The translations under genes were made by a program, and so were the position numbers. This document shows, in pieces, positions 1 through 11,200 of a DNA stretch of 64,000 nt. The DNA is from Phoronis australis (Eukaryota > Animalia > Phoronida). The notes beneath the pieces were generated by a model, which did no database searches, was not told the origin of the DNA, and saw nothing but the letters and a program-made list of their open reading frames with translations. Position 1 is the first letter of the stretch. Every line of letters starts with the position of its first letter. Location of the stretch: contig NMRA01000378.1 in NCBI GenBank assembly GCA_002633005.1, positions 301,329 to 365,328 of the forward strand, read 5' to 3'.

Positions 1-99
1 TTGTGTAATGCCACGCACTTCGTATTTGTAGGTTGATTCTATTTTACCTCCATTTAATAGTTGAACAAAATTTGATAAACCGATGTCAAGACCGGAGTT

Positions 100-377
100 G
101 CCACTGGTAAACGAACAGCGAACAGTTAAATGTTTGTTTGTCCAAAGTTCACCCGCTAAGTCATAAAATGGTAATTGCCGACCAAGGACACGCTTAATCC
201 AAATTGGTCGTCTACGCTAGGCGACCAATTAGCCGACCCAAGTGCCGACCACAGAGGCGACTAAGCAGACGGCTCCTGGCCGACCGTTGTTGGTCGGCTG
301 CTGGTCGGCTAGACGACCGGTCGACGGCCGGTCGTCGACCAATTTCCGACCGGTCGGCCAAAAATTCGTGATGTGTG
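100..377. mobile_element. Probable right end of a non-autonomous EnSpm/CACTA (CMC)-like DNA transposon; left end not identified
   Basis: Dense direct and inverted copies of GCCGACC/GGTCGGC in 178-360. The sequence ends ...gatgtgtg at 377 (CAC terminus on the - strand). Subterminal repeats plus a CAC terminus are typical of animal EnSpm elements. The left boundary is uncertain. Confidence 0.45.
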
Positions 378-800
378 CTGTATATGTTGCCTAGTGGAAA
401 TTTTGAGACCTTGAGGATGACATAAATTAAACACTTCTCACCAACATAACCAGATATTTAGCATTAAAGGCGAAGGCAACCTTTTTCCGTGTCATTTTGA
501 GCTAAAATAAGGTTGGTTGGTTATCCTAGACATATTTTACACTTAATTACAGCTTTTCGTAATTTTATTAATTACTCGTCTGCTACTCCGGAAGTGACGT
601 TTTAGGAGGCAAGCGTTTCCCGCCACTTGGTTTTGCATTGACTTTACCGTGCGAATCTGTTCTATTCTACTTTTGTTTTGTGCTATTTTTCAACAATTGT
701 CGCCACCACTTTCCATCGGCGAGTATTCTGCGGCAAAATAGGTTAGTAGAGAACTCAACTACGTTGGATTTAGAGATTGTTTAGTGTGTTGTAAGCTGAA

Positions 801-1100
801 ATGGCTGGAGTAGGTGACCCGTATCACAGTGACAGTAGTGTGAGTGACGGAGACCTTGTTCACATGCAGCAGTGGAGACGAGGAATTTTTTCACGGACAT
901 TCAGTGGGTGGGTACATGTTTGAGCCCGAGTATAACGAGGCAGAGTACGCACAGTCACAGGCAGCTGTTGAGAAATACGAGGCGGCTACTGAGGACAGAC
1001 GTGTTGACACATCTTGGTGCAAATGCACTGTGTGCGTTGTTATACCTACCTCCATGGAATGCTTGTGCTGTTCAGAAATCGACGAGGCCAAGCCACTACT
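801..1100 (+). pseudogene. KolX-like accessory protein N-terminus (P2X7 cytoplasmic ballast-like Cys-rich domain), frameshifted and truncated
   Basis: ATG 801 gives MAGVGDPYHSDSSVSDGDL, then a frameshift near 858 into the 844 frame: GGYMFEPEY...WCKCTVC...MECLCCSEI. This matches the YxFEP plus WCxCxxC..ExCCxE pattern of KolX/P2X7-ballast-like proteins. Confidence 0.75.
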
Positions 1101-1887
1101 GGACATGGTTAAGTGGACCTCCGGCATACCACGTCGGATAGAGGAACAACTGTCCCACTTGCCACAGTGTCCCGCGACACACTCCCACTGGATGGTGACC
1201 TGAGCACCCAAACTGCTTACATCGTGTCATGTGACTCCCTCGCCACACACCTGGCACCTTCCAAATAGACAAGTCCACAATAAACTTATCAAAGTTTGGC
1301 CCACCGATCTGTTCACTGAACGACGAACTGTCCTCTTCACTGGGTGTCGAACTGGGCCTGTAATCACTCCCTCTACTCAATATCGCTGCAGGGCTGCTTA
1401 GAGGCTCTGGGCTGGAGAAAACAGCACAGGGCGAATCACTACTGGTTCCAGGAATTGCACGCTCTGGGGTACGTTCGGAGGCACGGGTGACAGTAGACGA
1501 AGTGCCTCCACTGGCTCCAATCACTGTACTGGCCACAGCTCGTGAGGCTTCTCGCTTCAAAAACGCAATTCTCTGGGATGGCGACGGGGCACTGCCAGGA
1601 ATCAACACAAACGGAATGGCATCCTTCTTCAGGCGTTGTTTCGCAGGGACCTTCATCAGTTCAGCGTACAAATCCCTTTCGTAATCGGACGGCAGACAGT
1701 GCTTGCCACACGCACGGTAATTCTCCACTGCTTTGTACGTTGCGTGGCCGGGTAACGCTGCGTTCTTCACACGAACGAGCCAAGTACGGCGAAGTGTGTC
1801 GTCCATCGGAAAGCGATGCAAAGGTACTGCCAAAGCGCGCGTGAGCCGCTAATTAGTACATTCCGGTACGCAGCAACAGTGTGGCAT
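1096..1887 (-). pseudogene. Kolobok transposase N-terminus with THAP zinc finger; premature stop, frameshift, catalytic DDE region deleted
   Basis: ATG 1887 reads MPHCCCVPECTN*RLTRALAVPLHRFPMD...RRTW...RACGKHC...LKKDAIP (THAP signature, TAG at codon 13). A Ser/Pro-rich linker and KFIVDLS follow, then after a frameshift GAQVTIQWECVAGHCGKWDS...MPEVHL (891..1211 frame), resembling the Kolobok transposase C..GH...W motif. Confidence 0.85.
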
Positions 1888-2240
1888 GTTGACTGACTAG
1901 TAAATGAAACAAAACGACGACGGAACTTAACACAACCAAGGTAGAACGATGACTGACTCGGCAGCTCTCACAGTCAGACTATATGAAAAGAAATTGGCGG
2001 GAAATGTTTGCCTCCTAAAACGTCACTTCCGCAGTAGCGGACGAGTAATTAATAAAATTACAAAAAGCTGCAATTAAGTGGAAAATATGTCTAGAATAAC
2101 CAACCAACCTTATTTTATCTCAAAATGACATGGAAAAAGGTTGCCTTCGCCTTTAACATGATGAATGCCAACCAGACATTTTCACTATTCTGGTAAAGTT
2201 ATGTCTTACTTCAATCTACATTCCTGTTTTACATGTTTAC

Positions 2241-5200
2241 CTTATTCAGTAATGTGGCATCTGCACCCTTTTCAAGGAGGAGTTCCACCACAGCCAGTTT
2301 GCCATACATAGATGCAAGGTGAAGTGGTGTGTCACCCATCTACAAGAGATATGAAACAGACGAAATGGTACTAAAAACCAATAAAATTTAAAAAAAACGA
2401 ACACTTGCACTCTGCCTGTCAACATTTCAAAAACTAGGAAATCACCAGAACTGAGTTTTTACTTACTAGTGGTTTTTATTAGAGGCATTTGGTAAGAAAA
2501 GTGATTTATCACATCAACCCACAGCAATCGCAGTGGACGTCTTACCCTCTGCAGCACAGTTTCATAGATTCTCACATCACAAGAACTAGTTACCATATAT
2601 GCTGTACGTGGGCGTATTAAGACCCAAGTACCTGTGACTGTGGAAAAACGCGTTTCACAAATATGTAAATGCTTTAGCTTCATTTTTCGTGCAAATAGCT
2701 ATCATTTTTAAAAACTGATGTTCTTAATTTGTTTTTTACCTACTTTTAGCGTAATTACTGCAATATTTTTTCATTGAAAACACCTCAGCAGATGATATTT
2801 TGTATTGGATAATCACAATTACTATCAAGGCACATCAGGTCAAATACCTGTATAGGCAACAATTAGATGGAGCAGTAAAGTTTAACAAAATGGTGCAGAA
2901 TACACTCATGGTATTAGGTTGAAAGTGTGGACCTTGGTACACCAGGGACATATTGATCAGTTCGCGAAATGACAAAAAACTGGCTTGTATAAATCCATTT
3001 ATGGATGAAAATATTTAAAAGTGGTCAAATGAGGGGTTCATGGGCAGAAATAAAGGAAGGCTATATATTTCTTTATTTCCGTTGCCTATGTAGTAATTGA
3101 GTAAAAACGCATTGTCTGGTTTAACAGAAAACTTATGTATAAACACATTTTTAACATTGCATGGAATCTAATGATAAATAAAAATTCAATGCTATTACAA
3201 CTACCAGCCATCTTTGAGCCTCACTGACAACCTTCCTCAATGTCATCATATCCAAACATATGATAGACGATACAGAGGCAAAGATAAACAACAAAATCGT
3301 TACTTGAGGTCATGGCAGTGAGCAGACCATTCGAAAAGTTATGACAGTCATTGCCACATCTATAGGACAATACCTTCAAAAGTTCAAAAACATCATGCTA
3401 AGGAATGAGGAACTACTACAGCCACGGTCACAAATACACAGTCACTACTAGGGGACGCCACAGATGATTTGTCTTACAAATCAACATCAGCCATGCTCTT
3501 GTCAGTGGGAACACGGCGACCTTGAGCAGTTTGGCAGGTAAAGAGGCGGACGCTAAAAAACAAGCTTAAAATCATAACAAGAGCAACGCAGAGCGTTGAA
3601 ATGCGCCCACGAATGCATTGCAAATGGTGTGCTTTTAGGGTTATTTATTTGTATCATAAAAATGGCCACTAGATAACGCAAAAACATACAATCCATCCAA
3701 AAACGGGAACATGCCATATTTCATAAAAATTTGTCAAGGCACTTCCGAGAAACAAAGGAAAAAAAAAACAAAATAAAATTGCCACTTGTGGGCACAGCGT
3801 CCGTTCAATCCGCCTGAAAGTCGTCGTCTGTTATCTTTATATAAATTCACTTACTAAATTTAATAAAGATCCTACAGTGGGTTTTGGATATACAGCTACG
3901 GGCGAAAAACAAAACAAAACACCACTAGGAGGAACCATAGTAGTCAGTCGCCATCATCAAACGTCTTCTTCACATTGAAAACATATATGCCAATTGCCAA
4001 AACCATCCCTAGAATGATTTGGTTGATCGAGGAGTGGACGCCAAAAACAAGATTTGAAAACAGCACAAAAATGGCCACTAGGCGGCTCAAAATATCTTGA
4101 TTCCATCCAAAAACAGGATGACAGCGTCTTCTCACCAATAGATGCCTATATTCAAAATTTTATGAAAATCTGTTGAGGACCTTTGAAGACACAGACTGGT
4201 AAACCTAAAAAACTAAAATTGCCACTAGGAGGCACACCAGTAGTCAGATCTGTCGGAGAGTAGTCGCCGTCTGTTGACAACATCATATAAAAATTAATAC
4301 ACTTGCTGATTTAAGTAAGAATCCTGCAAACGGTTTCGTGAAAAAATACATGCCAATTTTCACAACTGTCCTGAAAGCAGTTTGGTTGATAGACGAGTGG
4401 ACGCCAAAAACAGACTCGAAAACGGTAAAAATGGCCACTAGGTGGCGCAACATAGGTCGAATCAAACTGAAAACGGAGAGATAGCATCACCTCAATAACA
4501 GATACCTGCATGCAAACTTTTATGAAAATACATTGAGGACCTTTGAATATACAGAGTTGAACATAAAAAAAATAAAATTGACGCCAGGTGGCACACCAGT
4601 CCCCAGATCCGTCCGAAAGTCATCGAAACGACGCAGCGACGTCAGTGGTTCGTCTGCAGAGTTAATGCCGCTATATTGCGGTGCAGCGTTCCCGCTTGTC
4701 CGAACTATGAAGCTGCGAAGAAAGCGGGTATATTGTTTTTTTGACTTCCTAGTGAGCCCAAAATGCTTAAGAAGTGGCTCGCAGTAGTGAAGAATGAAAG
4801 GAAATTTGAGGCCGTGAAACAGCTCCGTGTCTGTGGCCGGCATTTCGATTTCCCTGAAGAATTCCGGCTTAGAACTATCCATACTTTCCGTTGCCTGTGC
4901 ATCTTCACGGCGCCTCTCTAGTATTTATTAATCAGTGTATTCTGGTTCGAACTGATAGCCTGTGAAACTTAACAATCCGACCTGTGAAGTCTTCGTCGGA
5001 TGAGCTCTTGACTAAGTCGGGATTGGCACCAGGCGAGTTGCCATGTATTCTGCGTTCTGTTTCAAAACAAATTATTCTCATCCTAACCAATGCTTATATA
5101 AAACTGAAACAAAGTCTGTCTCATTAGATACAATTTGTAATGCTTTTGGAGTATTCGTGAGTGCAAAATTTAATGTTGATAAGCCAGCAATGAAACCACT

Positions 5201-8200
5201 GCGTTACTGGCTTTTGATGCCGGCAATGAATAAAGGTAATTGACCGGGCACCGAGGCTGTGTGAGCGCATGCTAATTCAGTGTTTGCTGACAGAAAGCTG
5301 TTGTGAAAAAACCACTCGATTATGCTATGGTCACATGTTAGGGGAATCTTTGTTTAGAAATACAAATACATTACTCAAATCATTGTTAATATACCTTTGC
5401 CCTGATGGTCTGTAGAAGGGGAACCCGACTTCGCAGCCCTCGACAATTCGGTTTCGTAGTTAATTCACGTAAATAATTACGTGCACATTATTTCTTTGGC
5501 TCACTATTATAAATGTTGTAGTGGGGTGTAGGCGCACGCAGGTGCAGCCAACCACCTTTTGGCATTTGAACGCAGCGCCTACGCATTCTAAGTTACGTTC
5601 AGCCGGTGCTCAAGGTGATACAATGCTTTCGGCACCTACTTACCTTTAATTTTACCACTCCAGCACTGACTATTATAGTCTTTTCGTGACTGGAGGTTTA
5701 GTTTCCAACTCAAGCTGGTTTATGTTCGTGCCAGTCCCGGCGGCCAGGATAATGAGTCAGTCGGGCCGCGACAGGCCTGATCGGGTTCCGAGCCGCTGGC
5801 CGGGATAACAAACGTTTTGTGTGTTTAGAACTCAAAAAAATCACAACAGAGATCTAGGTTCTCTTGTCTGTATTTCACGGAAGAATTCATCTCCGAACAG
5901 ACCCCAAACTCCTGCTACGGACCTTTCTAAATTGGCCTGCCGAACTTTGTAGGCTACAGGGTGTGTCCAAATACCAATAAATCCGTAACAGCGAAATAAA
6001 ACAACACGTTTTTATAAGGGTTTTACATTTAAGTTTGGTGATTTATTGGTGTTAAATGATGAATTCAAGTATAAGCTGACACCAGTAACCCCTGTTGTGA
6101 ACTGCTGAACAGACTGAGTGTGAAACCAATGACGTCATTGGATAATTTAAACATGTCGGTCTGCCGTCAGGTGTCAGGTAACGCAACTGAACGTGCAGTT
6201 ATCGAGTACAACTACTCGATCTAAATTGATTCAAAATAGGTTGTTTTTTGGGTGGCATTCTTCTTTAAATAAAGAGGCAAACGTAGAAAACTAAAATTGC
6301 CATGACGGGAATGGCTGTCAAATCGGGGCGAAACTCAGCGTTATCTGTTGTCAGCTGGAATACATCGGCCAAATCTCCTTATGATCTTCAAAGGGTTTAG
6401 GAGATACAGCCAGAGATGCCTCACTCCCAGACACAGAAGACGGTGCTCACATATAAATTCAGAGGACATATCCACCAACATGCCTCACGATACCCTCCAT
6501 TGTGCTATCCTAGATCCGCCACTGACATGATCCATATCACGATACTTCACATCATCCTCTCCATATGGATAAATTGCCACAGTTTCTTTGATTTTGGGTA
6601 CAGTTTGCTTATTAACCAAACAGAATCCCTATTAACCTTAATCTTAACTTCAGAAAAATTTTCTGCGATATTCAGAAATTGCAGGCTCAGCTATCCCACA
6701 ATGACCAACAGGTTTTTAAAAATAATGACCAAGACCATGGACCTTTTGTTCAGTTGTGTTAATGTACGCAGGCCAACTGAGACATTTGTATACAATGAGC
6801 AGGCAACACAGAGAACTACTTTCATTAACCATGCATGTCAATTTCAACAAATTTCGAGGCCACCTTATACCGCCAAGGGATTACAAGTTGGGTTGAATAG
6901 TGATTCAAACATGACTTTAGATTTTTCACGAAGCAAATTAAGCCTGGATACGATTCCAATGATTCTAAAAATCCAAAACAAAAAACTGCAATATGGTACG
7001 TTTTCAATAAAAACAACTGTCAGTTGTACATATTATTGACATCAACACATATTCAACACTGTGCAGAAACTATAACTAGATGTTTAACAATATCATGAAG
7101 AGAACACAACACTAGAAAATTATAGTAACGTTAGATGACAATTTAAGTACTCTCAGGTAAAGTTCCGTCTTACCACACAGTGGCATTTGACCAGTTTTAC
7201 CTGATTGACAAGCATGGCATCTGCACCCTTTTCAAGAAGCACTTCCACGACAGCAAGTTTACCATACTTAGACGCAACGTGAAGTGGGGTGTCACGATTC
7301 TACAGAAAATAAAATGCTTTTCATGAAACAAAGAAACAAACTGTTTTTCAATCGATGGTCAAGGAGATGTGCATGAAAATGGCATAGCAATTTTAGCCAG
7401 TCACTTTGGAAAAGGAAACTGGAAAATATTAAAGCCCAAATCAAAACGAATCATGCAATTATTTTATTTCAACCACTTGCCACAAACCAAACTAAAATAT
7501 TTTTCTCTAGCTGAACACAGTGAGGTACATGTGATTATTAAATTCATAAACACGTACAAGTGGTGGACATCAAAGCAATATAAACTGAATAATCCAGTAT
7601 ATTATCAAGAATTAAAGTGAAAAAATTCTGATTTATTCAGATAAGTTGACTTCATTCATTTGTTTGCCAATACTTTGCATGCGTTTAAATAGTGGTTGTC
7701 ACAAGAGCATCATTCTGCGCTGATTATTGCATCGTTGCCAACCACAATCTGTTCAGTGCTGTGGTCACCCGTCGCCCTTTACTTGACACAGTTGGAGCCA
7801 ATTTGCATAATACACAAATTTCAGAATCCAACTGAAGTCAACCTTTGTCTTAATTTCTAATTACCAACTTATCCAATACATGACTTACAAATGCCATTAC
7901 TGTTTAGCCTTTTGGGCCATTTCGCTGAATCAATGCAATTTCATTCAATGACACAGTGCTGTGACTTTACGCGAAGTTAATTGAATTGGACCCTAAATAA
8001 TGTGTCCCTCTGCAGTCTCATGACATCAGTACAGAACTTGTACTAAAACCGAGCAAGGCTTAAAAACAATAGTCCCAAAGTTATTATCAACTGCTCAGTG
8101 ACTACAATGGCCATGTTGTTTATGATAGATGGGGACTATCCACGAAGATGCAGCTGATTTTATTGAAGAGGAGAAAAGGCGCATGTACTATTTTGTTTAA

Positions 8201-11200
8201 TAAAGCAGCCAATCTCACTGAAGAGAATACGCGCATGTAGTTATTTGTTTAAAGTTGTACTGAAGTCATAGATTATTCTTAATGATAGGTAGATTATTCT
8301 TAATTATAGGTTTAGACAAACATTTATTGCAGTATCTACTAAACACAGAGTAAAACACTCGTACTATACCTGGTTAACAGCAGCCATGTTACTGCCCATG
8401 GTTATCAGCAGGTCTGCGTCCATAGCATGCCCTTCAGATGACGCCAGGTGGAGTGGCGTATCACCACGCTACAGTAAGTGGACAATACTGAGATGATTTT
8501 CTTCAGCATTATGCATAGCTAACATGAGTGGATCAACAGGAGCCATGTTTTATAATCTTCAGTTTAAAACTTCACCATCAGTTGCATACTTATGACCTGG
8601 GTGGCTCAGCATGGCTTGGAATGACTCAGGACAAAAAAGAGGAAAATTTTACACCCAAAATACACGTTGCAATATAAATGAGAATACCTCAACAGATTGA
8701 AAGTAAATATTTTATCAAAGGATGCCCTGTAATTGTGCAGTGTGTTGACAAAACGCACTCATCTTAAGCAGTTTAGCGGAGAGTAGGGGGAGAGAGGGAA
8801 ATTGCACTCATCACCAAACGGTACCCTACATCTATTTCAGCAACAGTTTGAACACAAGATGTAGATTACAATGTGATGTATTATTAGATTCTATCAAAAC
8901 ACATCTTAAACAGCGAATGAAACTCAACTCACACAATAACTTGAGTCAGATTTTTTAAATGATCCCATGGTCTGTTGATGATTTTAAATATTACAATTTG
9001 ATGCTACAGTGTATATATTACAACAGAGCGACAGTCATTCAGTGAGTGCTACGTAAACGTCAGTGAGTAAAGTAACAACTCATTGTACAACTCCAAGTGA
9101 CCTGAAAATTGTTTCAACTCAATATTCAAAGTCCCATTCACATCAAGTCAAATGCATGTCACACGCGGTGGTGTACAACGAGAAATGACAACATTTCAAA
9201 CGAAATCATCAATCGCAATTAATTATTAAAAACTTTATCACAGAATGATTCATCCTAGTCATCGTACGTGTTGTCTACTGGTTCAATCAAACAACCTGTG
9301 TCATTAATTACCTCGTTAGCAATGTTCACATTGATCCCATGATGTTGGAGAAGACAATGCGTGACCTGTGTACGACCTTTTTTTGCTGCCCAGTGCAGTG
9401 GAGACCAGCCCTCCTGAAGAAATATTATGAAGATGTGTGAATAGATGACCTACACTTAAAACTACTTAACATCCAGGAGGAAAGTGAACTGTTTTGTAAA
9501 CGACATGAATGAAATATAGCTCCTTCAAGACCCTACAATGAACTGATTTCATCACGGAAACGATAAGTTTTAAAACAAAACAGTGTGTTCAGCATTTACT
9601 GTATAAATCAATCAATCAATCATCATTTATTTTAGTGACCTGTAGCAATTGCTACCCAGCCACAACTTGGGCTTACAAGTGGCCACTTCAAAGTGAACGG
9701 ACAAAAAGGCAACGCTTTAATTTTAAATAAACTTCTGTTTGACAATTAACTTTCAATAATCTATAAGTTCTTAGGTTGGATTTCCTCAAACTTTCCGCCC
9801 TCGTGCAGATTCATCAATTTCATTCTGGCTTTTTCCAGATCACAAGGTGACCTTTGATCATGCTGAAATCTGATCAATCTCAGTAAAATTGAAAACACTT
9901 TTTGACCAATTTTCCTTTCTGTGAGGTTCCAGTAAAATACTTGCTATGTGAGATGATTATCAGTATTATGTATTACATGTGAACTATGCTGTATCATTTA
10001 AATATTGTCCAACGACACCAGAATTAATTGTGTGCTGTGTCACGGACAACACATTGAAATGTTTTTCGTGTAGTTTTTCTGGTTCAAATATATTTGGAGC
10101 ACATGCATGTGTATGTGTGCACTTCATTGTATCTGGTGACCAAAAATTAGACACACCGGTTGCATGTGAACACTTATCATTTCATTGAAATGTGCACTCA
10201 AGGAAAATTTGTGAAATTGTGAAATAAAAGCATCCAGTGGCTGATAAATTTTAATTTTGGACATTCTATGAACAAATTAAAATTTGTTCAAAGAATGTCC
10301 AATTATCCAAAATTGTTAAAAACTTCAATGTCTGACTGCAGAACAGATTACCAACTGCAACAGCGATCACATTCAGTCAAGTTATTTATACATAACGAAT
10401 AATGAAAATGTTGTTTTCACAATACAGCACCTATGCCGAAACTTATTTGAAACTGTGAGTCTTGAATCACTATTATGTAAACAACTAGTTGAACCAAACA
10501 ACCATATGTGTGTATGATTACCTGATCATTTACATTTACAGTGGCTTTATTGTCCAATAGCCACTTCAACATCTCTGCCTTGCCATAAGTCACAGCCTCA
10601 TACACTGGTGTATCCCCGTGCTACAAGAAATAAAATGGACATGTGTGAATGGACGAGCAAAGTTTAGAGCAAATTAACATCCACTAGAGGGCATGGGGGT
10701 GCAGAGGGCGGGGATTGGGAAAGTGAATAATTTGTAAGGTGACGTAACCAAAACATTACTGACCCCTCTGAGACACTACTTGTTATAACTTCAAAATTCA
10801 AGTGGAGAAGCTTAAAAGGAAATTCTCATCCTCTAAGTAATCATGAATCTAACTGGTGAACACTCCACTAGTATAACTGCAGACTGGCTGTCTGGTACTG
10901 CGGTCGAGGAATAACCTAGTGCTGTCTTTGTCACTCTCAATCAACAGGCAGTCGAGAGAATGGCCAGAGGGGGCTGTTGAGGCTCACTGTCGCCAACTGT
11001 TCTATGATCTAAGAGGTGATGATGCTACATTGGGGTTGCAACTTATGGCTCTTTCTACACAGACAACAATCACACCAACTGGCACTACCACATCTGTTCC
11101 AGCAATACCCTGCTGCAGCAGGAGCTAGATGCTACAGCATATACACCAGCAGCACTAGCATGGAATTTGAGGCCATACAACATGCTGTCCTCAGGCTTTC

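Larger units (their letters stand above)
468..2152. mobile_element. Internally deleted Kolobok DNA transposon
   Basis: TTAA on both sides (464-467, 2153-2156), AG...CT termini and about 158-bp TIRs (468-625 vs 1995-2152). It contains a KolX-like gene remnant (+) and a THAP-transposase remnant (-), convergent and fused near 1100. Confidence 0.9.

Noticed and set aside
468-2152. piggyBac assignment, or host THAP/P2X7 genes
   Set aside because: The termini are AG..CT rather than CC..GG, and both ORFs are disrupted and lie inside TIRs with a TTAA duplication.
6416-7039. 207-aa ORF on the + strand
   Set aside because: No recognisable motif, antisense within an ankyrin intron, and its start overlaps a MITE-like end; likely a chance ORF.
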